From NCBI RefSeq assembly GCF_009914755.1, contig NC_060947.1: a stretch of 64,000 bases of DNA; one strand, written 5' to 3'. A program made the position numbers and the translations under genes. This document shows, in pieces, positions 1 through 25,484 of the stretch; positions within the stretch are counted from its first letter, which is position 1, and each line of letters opens with the position of its first letter. Source of the DNA: the human T2T-CHM13v2.0 reference genome, Homo sapiens. The notes below the pieces were generated by a model, which was not told where the DNA came from, did not search any database, and worked only from the letters and a program-made list of their open reading frames with translations.

Positions 1-122
1 AGGTATCTGTAGGTTATCGCTGAATCAGGTCAGAGTTTGTAAAAGAAAACTAATTCCTATACCGTTTTATAAAATCACCAGAACAGTGTTTTGAAGCCAC
101 ATACATGTTTTGAAATAGTGAC

Positions 123-143
123 TATATATATATATATATATAT
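123..143. repeat. (TA)n microsatellite
   Basis: Direct reading. Confidence 0.9.
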
Positions 144-352
144 ACTTCTTGAGGACCTTTCCGCATTCCTCCAGCTCCTTCTGAAGCCTTGTCTTGGCTG
201 ATACATGGATGTTGATGACCTCTCTTGTTGCTTCTCCCAGCAGTGTTTACCAAGGGCCTTTGGGAAAGGTTTGCATGACATCACAGGGCAGCTAGAGGGG
301 AGAAGTGTTGGGAGACTGGAAAGGCCTCTGTGTGATGCCACTAATCATATGA

Positions 353-724
<372 letters not shown>

Positions 725-811
725 TAGGGACTGGAGAAAGCATGTAATAAACTATTTTATATTCAGACATGAGCTTTGTTAATATAAACTAAATGTTAGC
801 TAGTGTACTAG

Positions 812-1429
<618 letters not shown>

Positions 1430-1749
1430 GAAAATAACTTTCTAATAGAAAACAGGATATAATGCATTAAAATGTTCTATTTATATTGAAAGTTGCTGAA
1501 GTACTAATCTTAAAATTGCCTTTATATTCAAAACCTAAGTGGAAGACACACTAAATAATTTTAGTATTTGATCTGTAAGCCATGTGGGTTTTTTAGTAGA
1601 ATATCAGTACTTATTTGAATCAGAATTTATTTTGAAGCTGTTTCAGACGTTGCTTTTTGTGTTTAAATTCATTGGCAGCATTGATAGACACTGTCTTCAA
1701 TTTCAGAAACTATGCTGCAAAATCAAAATTTTGCTGTTTTTGACATTAG

Positions 1750-3180
1750 TCTAGGCAATGATATTTTGGATTTAACCCCAAAAGCACAGGCAACAAAAGC
1801 AAAAATACACAAATGAGATTGTGTCAGACTAAAATTGGTCTGATAAAATTGCACAGCAAAGGAAACAACAGTGAAAAGACAACCTACAGATTGGGAGAAA
1901 ATATTTGCAAAACATATGGTTTAGATGTTTTGTGCCCTCCAATTCTTATGTTGAAATGTGACCTTCAGTATTGGAGGTAGGCCTAGTGGGAGGTGTTTCA
2001 GTCATGGGGCAGATCCCTCATGAATGTCTTGGTGCTGTCCTCACGATGAATGACTTCTTGGCCTGAGTTCACGCAAGATCTGGTTGTTTAAAAGTGGGTG
2101 GCATCTCCTCCCCCACTTTCTTCCTGTCTTGCTATGTGATGCATCCCTTTTGCATTCCATGATTGGAAGCTTCCTGAGGCCCTCACCGGGAGCAGATGCT
2201 GGTACCATTCTTCTTGTACAGCCTGCAAAACCATGAGCTAAAATAATAAACCTCTTTTTTTTTTTTAGACAGAGTCTCGCTCTGTCGCCAGGCTGGAGTG
2301 CAGTGGCGCAATGTCGGCTCACTAAAACCTCCAATTTCCTGGTTTAAGGAATTCTCCTGCCTTAGCCTCCCTGAGTAGCTGGGATTACAGGCACGCAGCA
2401 GCACACCAGCTAATTTTTGTATTTTTAGTAGAGATGAGTTTTCACCATATTGGCCAGGATGGTCTTGATCTCCTGACCTCGTGATCCACCCGCCCCATCC
2501 TCCCAAAGTGCTGGGATTACAGGCATGAGCCACCGTGCCCAGCCTAAACCTCTTTTTTTTTTTTTAATAAATTACTCAGCCTTAGGTATTTCTTTATAGC
2601 AATGCAAATGGACTAACACACCATACATCTGATAAGGGATTAATACCCACAGTATGTAAGGAATTCAAACAACTCAGTAGCCAGAAAACAACCCAATTTA
2701 AAAATGGGCAGAGGACCTGAACAGACATTTCTGAAAGGAAGACATACAGACAGATGGCCAACACACAGTGGAACACTATTGAGCCTTAAGAATGGAATCA
2801 TGTCATATGTGGCAATATGGATAAACCTAGAAGACATTATGTTAAGTGAAATAAACCAGGCATAGGAAGACTACTACTGTATAATCTCACTTGTATGTGG
2901 AATGTAAAAATGATGAACTCGTAGAAGCAGAGAGTAGAATGGTAGTTTCCGGGGGTTGGGGGAGTAGGGAGCAGCTGAGGAATGGGAAAATGTTAGTCAG
3001 AGGGTACAAAGTTTTAGTTAGGAGGAATAAGTTCTGGAGAACTATTGCACAGCATGATGACTATAATAATAACAATGTATGTTTCAAAATTGCTGAGAGA
3101 GTAAATTTTGAATGTTCTCACCACAAAAGATCAGTATGTAAAGTGAAGAATATATTAATTTGCTTGATTTAAAGATTTAC
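1750..3180 (+). mobile_element. Old L1M 3' portion interrupted by a MaLR LTR
   Basis: L1 ORF2-end motifs (ccccaaaagcacaggcaacaaaagc; gggagaaaatatttgcaaa...catacatctgataagggattaat) and 3'UTR motifs. Confidence 0.8.
1915..2620 (+). mobile_element. MaLR (MST-like) solo LTR containing an antisense Alu (about 2255-2544, TSD taaacctcttttt)
   Basis: Starts tatggtttagatg; has gaagcttcctgaggcc and cttgtacagcctgc; ends ctttatagcaatgcaaatggactaacaca. Confidence 0.85.
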
Positions 3181-4351
3181 CATATTTGTAATTAGTATTA
3201 ATATGTTGGAAGTTTGAGTTTTGTTTTGTTTCTGCTGTTAGGTGAGCAAGGAAGCCTAGCTCTTGAAATTTGTATTTTTGTTCAACTTTGTAAGAAGCAT
3301 ATTTATTATTTAAATAAATATTTATTGATCAGATAGTAAATGCATCAGAAATATTTGATTTAAAGGTGCCCTATGATGAAAGCTTTGGAAAGAAAAAATG
3401 AACTTTTGAAGCTCTCATTTTGGTTTGTCGGGTTTTCTTTAAAAACATACCACCAATACTCAAATATGTCTACATGTAACTTCAGAGTTTTCTGAAAAAT
3501 TTTCCGTGTGTGTGGTTTAATAAAGTTATTTTATGTAGACATTTGAACTTTTTCTGCAAAAAATTACCTTAATATGTAAAAAGGATAAATCCAATTTACC
3601 CCATTTAGTATCTATAGAATATTTTGAAGAAATATTTTTCTATTTTTCTTTTTTTATTTCTTTTTTTTTTTTTTAGCTCCTGCTATCACTGGAGAAAAAA
3701 ATATTTTTCTAGTTAACTAGATGTAGCAAAGTATTATTGGACATTTCTGGGTATGTACGTGTATGTCTGATTATATCCGTGTTTTATATAATATATTTCA
3801 AATTTAAGGGAAATTAGAGGATATAATATTTAGATCATTAATCATGGTACAAATTATGTCTCCACTCTCAAACTAATGGTCTTAAGACAAAATTCCCTAA
3901 AATTATAGGAACTCTAAAATCCCTTGCTTAAGATATTTCTGCTAGTTAGTGGGAGAGCTAAGAGTAGAACTTAATTTTCTTGACATCTAGTTCCCCATTT
4001 CTCCCTCCCATCCCCAAACTTGAACATGAATAGTTGTTTTCTTTAGGCACATAAACACTGAAATAGTCTACTGTTACTATCTCTACTTTGACATTAGAGA
4101 CTTATTTACAGAGAATTTTTGAGTTGTCTAAGGATACTGAAGATTAATAACACCTCACTTATCTGTTGGCCACCTCTGTGGTAATGACAGTTCTCAAGAT
4201 ACAGCTGAAAACAAGAAATAAGCATTTAAAAAGCCTCTGAACAGTTCAATAAAAAAAAAAGTGCCACAAAGTTCAAAATAAGATTATGTACGTAAAGTCT
4301 CATGGGGAGACCCTTAGGATCCCTAGATTCTCCCTTCACCATACAATTTCA

Positions 4352-4790
<439 letters not shown>

Positions 4791-5334
4791 GTGACCACTT
4801 AAAGTGAGGAAGGAAATATAAAACTATAAAACACAGACATTCCAGGCATAGTAACTTAGGGTCCTTGAAGGCAAATAAATCTGCACTTTAGGGTCCCTAA
4901 AGTGTATTAAAATATAATGTAGTATTTGAGCGTGATAATTAAGAAGGACAATTGTATATCCTTTGTTTAAGAAGATATTTTCAGGGAAAGAGTACTGAAA
5001 CTGCAAGGTTTAACCTACTCATGTACTTATTTACAAGCTGCTTTTGAGATTTTTAAATTCAAAAATAGTTAAAATATTATCAAAAATTTGGCACTCAAAA
5101 GCTTCATCTCTCTGGAAATTTTACATGTGGAACGTTTCATTATTTCATTCCCTAGCAGTCCAAGGCAATTAGGTGTTAATTGTAGTTGTTAAAGGCAGGT
5201 CAGGATTCAGAGCCTTTGACTTAATCAGTTTAGTCCAATTCAAGAAGCAGCGTTAATTGCCTTTACTTTGGTGCTCATACACAGCACCAGTTACAGTGTT
5301 TTCATAATTATCTTCTTTTAAGTCCTTACCCAGA

Positions 5335-5585
5335 GAGGAGGCAGTATTGCGAAGTGGTTGAGAGAATGGGCTCTGGAGTCAGGCTGCCTAGGGTCAAATT
5401 CTGGCCCTACTGTTTACTAGCTGTACAATGTAAATGACCTAATCTGACTCAAGCCAGTTTTTTGTTATGTAAAATAGAGCAAGTAATATAACCACCTAAT
5501 AGGAGGGCTGTGAGGACCAAAGAAGCTAAAACATGTCAAGTGTTATAGTTTTTGGCAAATGCTTAATAAATGATGGCCATTGTTT
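5335..5585 (+). mobile_element. MIR
   Basis: ggctctggagtcaggctgcctagggtcaaattctggccctactgtttactagctgt core. Confidence 0.75.
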
Positions 5586-5852
5586 TATTTTATTTTATTT
5601 TATTTTATTTTTTCATTATACTTTAAGTTCTGGGATACAGGTGCAGAACGTGCAGGTTTGTTACGTAGATATACATGTGTCACAGTGGTTTGCTGCACCC
5701 ATCAATCCGTCATCTACATTAGGTATTTCTCCTAATGCTATCCCTCCCCTAGCCCCCCACCCCCTGACAGGCCCTGGTGTGTGTTGTTCCCCTCCCTGTG
5801 CCCATATGTTCTCATTGTTCAGCTCCCACTTATGAGTGAGAATATGCGGTGC
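5586..5852 (-). mobile_element. L1PA 3'UTR fragment (heavily 5'-truncated)
   Basis: ttatactttaagttctgggataca...ctcattgttcagctcccacttatgagtgagaa. Confidence 0.9.
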
Positions 5853-7062
5853 TTTATTATTTTTACAAGGCCCCTATTAGGAAAGTTTTGTGTGATAATA
5901 CTAAATAATGTTTTTTATTGCTTCTTAGGGTGAAATGAATTGGTTTTTTTTCATCTTGGCACATGATACAAATCATTTTAGCCAACTTTGCAAGTTATAA
6001 ATATGCCTTCACTTTTTACTAGGCATTAATGTTCTACAAATGGATTTAGAAATTTGTCACAAAGGAATTCTACTCTTACAGATTACCCTGTTAAAGACAG
6101 TTTTAGGCTTAATAGACTTGAAATTGTAGTAGTTTGAAATGTTCCTACCTACCAAGGCCTTAACAACTTTGTAACATTTAACATATACCTCAAACATGAG
6201 TGTCTTTTGTTACTAGTTTTTTATTTAGTGATGTCACCCAGTTGCAAGCAGGATCCCATTTTAATCACCAGCTCAATATGATATAGCTTTTTCATGTTCC
6301 CTGTCGTTAAATGTGCTGGAACTTGACAGGCTATAGGGGACCTTTGCTGTATTCCAGAAATTGGTCTCAGGCTCCCCACTACTGACAGACTGCCAAAGTG
6401 CCTTTGAGAAACTTGGAGCATTTCAGAGCTGCTGAAGAGACTACACTATCATGTGTGTCCCATGTACTCACTCACTTCATCCTCATAGAAGTTCTATGAA
6501 ATAGATGGTTTTACCCCCTTTTGCAGAGGATGAGATCGAGGCTTGGAGAAATGATTTGATCACACATAGGATAAATAGTAGAAACAATATTGAAGCAAGG
6601 TTCATCTGCTCAAAAGCCTATATTTTACTGTCTCCTCGTCTCTCAAAAGAAAATAATAAATTACTCTGTATAGTTTGTACACAGTTATATGTAAAGCCCC
6701 ACCAGAACCAATCTAGAATATTTCCATATATTTCCATGTGTGTCAGTAATTAGCCAATAACTTTGATCCTATGAATCAACAGCCAGAGAGTACTGTTTTT
6801 GAAACTAGTGGCACACAAGAAATAAATATGGCTTCCTGGTTTTTTTTTGTTTGTTTATTTTGTTTTTTGACAGCTAAAAAACCTGTTCAGATATCTCAAG
6901 GTGTGAGGGTTGCTGGAAAGGCCAAGTTTCTTCCCTTCTCTACCTCATATGGGGCTTAATTTTAAAATATCTTACCCTTCTTACCTTTATGCCTTTGTTG
7001 CAGGTGATTGGCATCCTGAATTTTGTACCACATGGAAATTTGTGCCCCTTAAAGGTTTTTCA

Positions 7063-9915
<2,853 letters not shown>

Positions 9916-10081
9916 TCTCTTCCACTTTTTGTTTTCCACATTTTCTACGTGCACACAAGACTTTTCAGTCACAAAATATATACACATTTTTTAAATGTGG
10001 ACTTGTCTGTAGTAAGTGTATAGAAGTATTTGTCTTCTCATCTCCTCTATTCAACACCTCCTTACTTTTATTTCTGAACAG

Positions 10082-10115
10082 GTCTCCAGGAAAAGTTGGG
10101 CTTTCAACATTCAAG
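10082..10115 (+). CDS. WDR44: WDR44 coding exon 2 (34 nt; (G)SPGKVGLSTFK)
   Basis: Pyrimidine tract + CAG acceptor, AAG|GTAAGT donor. Translation matches the recalled WDR44 N-terminus and joins the next exon in phase 0. Confidence 0.92.
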
Positions 10116-10372
10116 GTAAGTTGTGCTTTCTGAAAGTTATGTTTTTAGAAATTGTATACTTTTTATTCGTGTTTTTGTGTAATTCTTCATTTTCTTGCTT
10201 TTGCTTTTTTTTACTTACTTTTTGCTCAGTAATGTAGTCATTATGTCCTACTTGGTATACATAGGTACTCTAGAAATACCTAACTAAATATTATGCTGTA
10301 AAGAAGGAACTGTAAGTATTTTTTAGATTTCTACTGATTTTTATTTGTTTATAATATCTAGAATAAAAGAAC

Positions 10373-10397
10373 GTGTGTGTGTGTGTGTGTGTGTGTG
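10373..10397. repeat. (GT)n microsatellite
   Basis: Direct reading. Confidence 0.9.
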
Positions 10398-10414
10398 TTG
10401 AAAAAGTGATACTT

Positions 10415-10888
<474 letters not shown>

Positions 10889-11049
10889 TCACCAAATGGA
10901 ACTATTTATATCAGATAGAGTATATATTGTATATGTATATTTATATGTATGTGTAATCTCAAACATGCTATATTTTTTTCAGTTCCAGTATACCGACCTT
11001 CTGTTTATACACATTGGATACCAGTCTCTTTGATAAATTATGATATGTT

Positions 11050-12250
11050 TATATGAAATATTCTACAGTAGTAGAAATGAATGAATTAGTTATATACAAT
11101 GACATGGATGAATTTCAGCACTAGAGTGTTGAGTTGGGGGTAACTACTCATAGAAAAACATATACAGTAACGTTTCATTTATATTAAGTTCAAAAGCATG
11201 CCAAACTAAAGAATATATTGTTTAGAGAATAGATTGTTTAGAGATACAAGCGTGGTAAAACTGTGAAGAATTACCAGGGAATGAGAAATACAAAATTTAG
11301 GATATCGGTCATTCTCTGAGGGGGAGAGATTGTAATGGAAATGGAGAAGGATACACAAGAGACTTGAAAACTGATAATAATGTTCTTTTTCTTAAATTGA
11401 GTGCTTAAGAAAAGTTATATCATAACTCTTACGCTAAATAAAAATTATTTTGTATTTACTTAATATTTAATAAAAACAGTCTTTAAAAGTAATAACGTGT
11501 AGGGTTGAAATTTACTCAGGACAAAAGGTATATGGTTGAAAATGTAGCTTTCCTTCCACTTCTCATCCCCCACCTCTCAAACTTCATATCCAGAGGCGAT
11601 TACTGTTTATGCTTATAGGTCTTAAAAGCCATTTAGCGCTAAGATATTTTTATATTATAACAAATAGATTTGGAGAATTTACTTTACCCCGTAATTATAG
11701 ATTGTCCTTAACTTGAGTGAAATTAGATAACAAGTATACATATTTAGTAAATAAATATGAAGTTGGATATTGTTCATTTTTTTAACTTTTTATTTTGAAA
11801 TAATTATAGATTCACAGGAAGCTTTAAAGATAATGCAGAAAGGTCCTGTATATTCTTCACCATTTCCCCAGTGGTTATATCTTAATTATAGTACAATTTT
11901 AAAATGAGGAATTTAACGTTGGTGCAATGCGAGTGTATAGTTCTGCGCCAATTTATCATGTGTATATTTGTATAACCACCACAATGAAGATGCAGAACTA
12001 TTTCATCATCACAAAGATCTCCGTTGTGCTACCCCTTTATAATCACACCCACCACCTTCCCCATATCATCCCTAAATCTGTTTTCCATCTCTATAATTTT
12101 GTCACTTAAGGAATGTTCTATAAATGGAATTATATACTATGTGACCTTATGGGATTGGTTGAAAGGGTCACGATCCATCCAAGTTGTTGTCTGTATCAAT
12201 GGTTTGTTTCTTTTTATTGCTGAGTAGTATTATATGATAAACATGTACTG
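11050..12250. mobile_element. Degenerate L1M 3' fragments (11050-11470 +; 11780-12250 -)
   Basis: atggatgaatttcagc...ccaaactaaa and aactttttattttgaaataattatagattcacaggaag motifs. Confidence 0.6.
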
Positions 12251-12850
12251 AGGCTATTGAGTGCATATTATGAATAACAGTATATCTATTGATATTGTAA
12301 TATAAAGGAAGGCTTGATATAGTTCTGATTGTTGGTGATTTTACAGTCTGATGGAAGAGACATGTATACAAAAGGGCAATTTATGAGGTCTCGATGTTTG
12401 TAAAATAGAATAGACGTGTTAACTGCCACAAGGGGTTTGGAGGAACGAGAGGAAGATAGAATTGGCGTGAGAGCACTGTTACCTGAAATAGCAGAGAAAA
12501 GTTTCAGGGAGGAAATAGAACTTTTGCTGAGCTTTGAAAATTGGGAGAGGTTTGCATAGGTAGATAGAGAAAAATTGGGAAAGCATTGTAGTTAGGAAAT
12601 AGTAGGGACTAATAAATATGCAAAAGCATGGGATTTGCTAGAAGCATTGAAAAACTGTGACCAGTGTAAAAGTTTCAGTGGTAGAGTACTGGAAAATAAA
12701 TTGAGGCCAGATTGTGATGAGCCTTGAATGTCAGGTTACCTGATTTTATCATAATACTATGTATACATGCATTGAAACATCACATTATACCCTGTAAATA
12801 TGTATCATATTATGTGTCAATTAAAAATTAAATTATAATTTAGAAAAGAG

Positions 12851-13831
<981 letters not shown>

Positions 13832-14972
13832 TAAAGTGGGACATTTAAAAAGTCAACTTTTATATGTCTTACAGCTGTGCTGCCAAGGTGGTTTTTTTGT
13901 TTGTTTGTTTGTTTGTTTTTGCTCGGGAACTAAGAAAACTGGTGGAAGGGTGGAAGAAAGTTTGGAGGAAAAAGACTTAGGTGCAAAGAAAGCTGTCAAG
14001 AGGCAGTTAAAATGTCAAGACATGAGACTCCAACAAAGGGAACAGCATTGAAAGGAGTGGATGTATGGATATGACAGCGATTTAAGAGTTGTTTACTTTT
14101 TAGAACAATTTTCTCAGCAAAAAAAGAGTGGAAGTCACATTTATAAGTTTTTCTCCTTTTTTAAAAAATTTCACTTTAGTAGCTTCCCTTCCCTTACTAC
14201 TAAAAATTACCAGTTACCTGAATTTTTCTATAATTAATGTTTTTAGCTTAATGTTCTTTAGTAGGTAATAATGAAGATTTCTGTGAGTGTAGATCACTTT
14301 CATACAAATACTTTGTTGGGTGTACTTATTAAAATTAAAAAGCTGAAATCTTATAACCAAATACTGCAGGGGGGTTATAGACAGCTCTGTAATATCCAAC
14401 ACAGGTGGAGGTAACTGTTACATGAATTGCTGAAAATTGAATAAGCTACCATACCTTTTAAGGAAGCAAATTTTTGATACCATGATAGATAGGAGTTAGA
14501 GAAATTGCCTAATAGTAGGGAAGCTGGGATTTAGTAAGTACTGCATTTTAATAATGGGTCAGCACATCACCAGAAGTAGGTAATGGACTGTCTCAAGTAT
14601 AGCTAAGTTGGCATTGGTTGTCTGTGGACACATGCTTGGCTTCCATTCCTTTGTCCCAAAAGCCTGATCAAGGTGTTAGAAGGACCTGGATGTTATACAT
14701 CACTGAGAGAGAATCATAATTGACTATATATCCTAAGTCTGATTTTATTAAGAAGTCTTCTCTGGAGATCAGGCCCTCTGGTAGGTGCCATATCACTCCT
14801 TTAAACTTGTGACTTAAAACAGCAGAGTACCTTAGGAGTTACTATCTTTTAAAAGTTCAGACTCCAAGAGAGTTTTGTTAAAGCCAAATAAAATAGAAGT
14901 CTGATCACTGCTTGGCAGTTTTGGCTAGTGTAGGAATGTTAATCTTTTATAAGTAAATAATTGAAACAAATT

Positions 14973-15816
<844 letters not shown>

Positions 15817-15869
15817 TAAAGCCTATGTAAACTTAAGATGTATGTATTAACTGAAGAAAAAACAGAGCA

Positions 15870-17610
15870 TGCATCATTCAACATTCATTCAGCAAATGAT
15901 TATTTAGTGCTGGACACTGTTTTAGGTACTGAACAAACTGTAGATAGAACAAACAAGGTCCATCTCTCATGGAGCTTACATTCTAGTGGGACAGGGAAGA
16001 GACAAAAAATAAGCAAGTAAATAAGGTCATTTCGAACGATAAGTGCAATGAAGGAAAATAGGATAATGTTTTCCCAGCACCATTTATTGAGTAGGGAAGC
16101 CTTTCCCCATTCTTTGTTTTCATCAGGTTTGTCGAAGATCAGATAGTTGTAGGTGTGCGGTCTTATTTCTGTATTCTCTATTCTGTTCTATTGGTCTGTG
16201 TGTCTCTTTTTGTACCAGTACCATGCTGTTTGGTAACTGTAGCACTGTAGCATAGTTTGAAGTCGGGTAGCATGATGCCTCCAGCTTTGTTCTTTTTGCT
16301 TAGGATTTGCCTTGGCTATTCAGGCTCTTTTTTGGTTCCCTATGAATTTTAAAATAAAATTTCCTAGTTCTGTGAAGAATCTCAGTGGTAGTTTAATAGT
16401 AATGGCATTAAGTCTATACATTGCCTTGGGCAGTGTGGCCATTTTAACGATATTGATTCTTCCTATCCATGAGCTTGGAATGTTTTTCCATTTGTTTGTG
16501 TCATCTCTGGTTTCTTTGAGCAGTGGTTTGTAGTTCTCCTTTCACCTCCCTAGTTAGCTGTATTCATAGGTATTTTCTTTTCGTGGCAATTGCAAATGAT
16601 GGGAGTTTATTCCTGATTTGGCTCTCTGCTTGGCTGTTATTAGTGTATAATAATGCTAGTGATTTTTGCACATTTATTTTGTATCCTGAGACTTTGTTGA
16701 AGTTGTTTATCAGCTTAAGAATCTTTTGGGCTGAGACTATGGGTTATCTAGATATAAGATCATGTTGTCTGCAAACAGGGATAGTTTGACATCCTCTCCT
16801 CAATCCCATTACTGGGTATATACCCAAAGGAATATAAATCATTCTATTATAAAGACACATGCACACACATGTTCATTGCAGCACTATTCACAATAGCAAA
16901 GACATGAAATCAACCTAAATGCCCATCAATGATAGACTGGATAAAGAAAATGTAGTACATATACACCATGGAATACTATGCAGCCATAAAAAAGAACGAG
17001 ATCATGTCCTTTGCAGGGCCATGGATGGAGCTGGAGGCCATTATCCTTAGCAAATCAATGCAGGAACAGAAAACCAAATACTGCATGTTCTCACTTATAG
17101 GTGGGAGCTAAATGATGTGGACACATGAACCCATAGAGGGGAACAACACATGTTGAGGCCTATCAGAGGGTGAAGGGTGGGAGGAGGGAGAGGATCAGGA
17201 AAAATGACTAATGTGTACTAGGCTTAATACCTGGGTGATGAAATAATCTGTGCAACAAAACCCCATGACACAAGTTTACCTGTGTAACAAATCTGCACAT
17301 GTACCCCTGAACTTAAAGTTAAAAAAAAAAAGAAAAATAGGATAATGTGATAGAAAGTTAAGGAGTCAGCTAAGGCTATTTTGAGATGGTCAGGGAAGTA
17401 TTTTCTGATAAAATAGCACTTGAGCTATGACCCTAATGGCAAGGAATCATCCTATTGGCCAGAATGTAATTGTGGGGGAGTGATATGAGAGGGAGATGAG
17501 GAGTGTAGAAGATATCAAAAATGTAGGCAGAGGCTATGTCATGTTTAGGCCTTCATGGGCCTTGGTACTGTTTGGATTTTATCTAATACTTAAGAGTCCA
17601 TGAAACATTT
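15870..17610 (-). mobile_element. L2 relic split by the inverted L1PA insertion
   Basis: cattcattcagcaaat...ctctcatggagcttacattctagtggga; continues after 17349. Confidence 0.65.
16070..17333 (+). mobile_element. 5'-inverted (twin-primed) L1PA with 15-bp TSD aaaataggataatgt
   Basis: 16070-16800 is antisense ORF2; 16801-17333 is sense 3' end + polyA; TSD at 16055-16069 and 17334-17348. Confidence 0.9.
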
Positions 17611-18450
17611 TTTTTTTTCTAGAAGAATCTGTGTAAGATTGGTAGTATTCTCCAAATTCTGGGGGAGGAATTCAGTGCTCGAAGATATTGCAAGTCCTAC
17701 AGAAATTTCACTGGCACGTTAAATCTTTAACATTTTAATAATCTCTGGAGTAATTTCATTATTGAGCCTATTGTGATCATATCCTGATACTTGTATAAGT
17801 GCCACCTAAATAATTAATGTGCCTTGAGTCCTTTATCTGTCTAAAATGGTTATAATGACCTTCCTCTAACAAACTCTGTGATGTGCACAAAGAATTATGG
17901 TTTTTTTTCCTCAGTATCAAGAGTAGCATTCAAATTGCTGTGCTTCTATAAATAGACAACTTAAGATTGAGAAGAGTATTGTATTGAGATTTGCAAATAT
18001 ATGATTGTCTTATTTTACCCTAATTTTTTCCAGCAGAAATGCAGTATCCATTTCTAACCTCCCAAATATATATATATATGTACGTATGTGTATATAAATG
18101 TATACGTAGATATATATGTATTTTTGGTGGGTTTAATTTTTTTCATCTTTTTTCATAGTTTTTTTAGGGGCTTCATTTAACTTCTGGTTAAGTCTTGATT
18201 TCTTTTATCTAAAGCATGTAGAATTTTAAGAAAACTATTCCCTGAATGTGGTTTTCTGTGTTATAAACTTTTGTATTTGTGCATATTTATGGAGCAATGC
18301 TTTGGGGAAAATAACAATTTTTATTCAGCCCCTTGCTTAAATCCTTAATCCTTTTTAGCTATAAAAGTACGTAGAAGTTCTTATCGTCCATTACAGTTTT
18401 TTAATGTTAAAAAGTTGAGCAAGTTTTCACATTTAAAGGTAAATATCCTA

Positions 18451-18879
<429 letters not shown>

Positions 18880-19002
18880 TCAAAGCCCTTTAAGGGCCTT
18901 TGATTTATTAATGCTACATTTTCTCATTTGTACCCCTTTAAAGCATATTTTTAAAGAAAAGATGTCATCATTTGGTCTCTATTTCTTTTCTTTTTCAAAC
19001 AG

Positions 19003-19077
19003 GAAACAGAGAACACTGCATACAAAGTTGGAAATGAGTCCCCTGTACAAGAATTGAAACAAGATGTGTCTAAAAAG
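19003..19077 (+). CDS. WDR44: WDR44 coding exon 3 (75 nt; ETENTAYKVGNESPVQELKQDVSKK)
   Basis: tttcttttctttttcaaacag acceptor, AAG|GTTGGA donor, phase 0-0, matches recalled protein. Confidence 0.94.
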
Positions 19078-19696
19078 GTTGGAAAGATACAATGTCAATA
19101 TTAGTTTATAGCAGACATCATATTTATATGGTATATTTCAAACAGCTTTTATATTCTTTTAGTATAGCGCTCTGTACATGGCTGATGTTCAGCAAATGTT
19201 TCATGAATCTGTCACATTTGTGGTTGAAGACATTTCAGTCTTTTTAGAAGTCCTTTTCATATTCTAATTGGTAATTTATCCTTGAGACAATATTTTGTAA
19301 AATGCTTTTATTTTTTGTTCTTGTATTTTTATCAGAATAAGCCCTAACTCTTCTTGAGGTTACTACCAGGAGTTATGGGTATTGAAAAGCTCAGTGCAGC
19401 AACATTCTGATGTCTTTAGGAATCAGAAGTTATAAGAAGTCCTTACTCTGATAGTACCTGATACCTTTTAAAAAATTGATGCTATGAAGCTTCAAAGGTT
19501 GGTTTACTAGAAGAGACTGAGCACAAGATCAGTATTTTGAAAATGGGCAGTTTACAGTATCAGGATAAAACTCAAGGAGAAAGACAGGATGGTGTGTTTT
19601 TATTCATTTATACAAGTTTTAAGTGTTTTCTGTGCCCTAGGCAATGTTCTAGCCAGTGGGTTTCCAGAGGCTAACAAAATGACACATTCTCCACCC

Positions 19697-19910
19697 CAGA
19701 GTTTCTCCAGTACTGGCACTCGACATTTTGGGCTAATAGAGGGTAGGGGAAGGCCTGTTGTGTGCATTGTAAGATGTTTTAGCAGTATCCCCAGCTTCTA
19801 CTTACTAAATGCCAATAGCATCCTCAACTCCCAATTATGACAACCAAATATATCTCCAGATGTCTGGGAAGGGGTATGGAACAAAATAACCCCTAATGGA
19901 AAACCACTGT
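19697..19910 (-). mobile_element. MER20-like hAT DNA-transposon relic
   Basis: tgtgcattgtaagatgtttttagcagtatcccc...tctccagatgtc...aaaaccactg. Confidence 0.7.
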
Positions 19911-19947
19911 TCTATCCTTATGGAATTTAGAAATTTAATGGACTACA

Positions 19948-23712
<3,765 letters not shown>

Positions 23713-24014
23713 TCAGTCCAAATAGTGGAGTTTAGGTGTAGTCTGTTTAAGAATGTTAATCTCCCTGCATCTGCTGGTTTTTGGGTCATAAGCTTGAGTT
23801 CAGAGCTAAACAACTTGAATTCTTCTCCTGGGGATTTGGATTATCGTGGTTTGGTTAAGTAGGCTCAAACCATTAGGCTGGTATTACAACAAGTTTGGCA
23901 TAAATATGTAAATGAATCAGGATATTGAGTCTTAATGTAAGTTTAGGATTGAACTTGATTTTACAGGATTATTTGATCTTTTGTACCTAAGTATTAACAC
24001 AAATTTGCTATTAT

Positions 24015-24240
24015 GAGGGTTAAGAGTATAGATGCTGGAATCAAACTCCCTGGGTTTATACCTGCTTCATCACTTACTAGCTTTGTGACCTTGGACAAAT
24101 CATTTGATTAGTTCCCTAATTTGTAAAATGGTGACAGTAGGAGTAGAATCTCATAAGGTTGTTGTAAAGATTAAAATATGTAAAGTGTTAAGAACATTGC
24201 CTGGCACATACTAAGTACTATGTAAATGATTAGCTGTTAC
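24015..24240 (+). mobile_element. MIR immediately upstream of exon 4
   Basis: cacttactagctttgtgaccttggacaaatc...tgtaaagtgttaagaacattgcctggcacata. Confidence 0.8.
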
Positions 24241-24294
24241 TGTGTTCTTATAAATAGCTTCATTTTTAAAAACTACTTTTAACCCTTTCATCAG

Positions 24295-25314
<1,020 letters not shown>

Positions 25315-25484
25315 TTACCTTTCTGCCTTTATTTCACTTTATTAAAAAACTCACTGGCAACCAAGTTATTAAAATTATTTCTTTAGTAATAGACAAAATG
25401 TAAAAATGTTTACATTGGTGAAAATTACTTTACTGTAATTGAACACTTCAGCAGACTTCAAACTTTCAATTCTGTTGCCATCTG

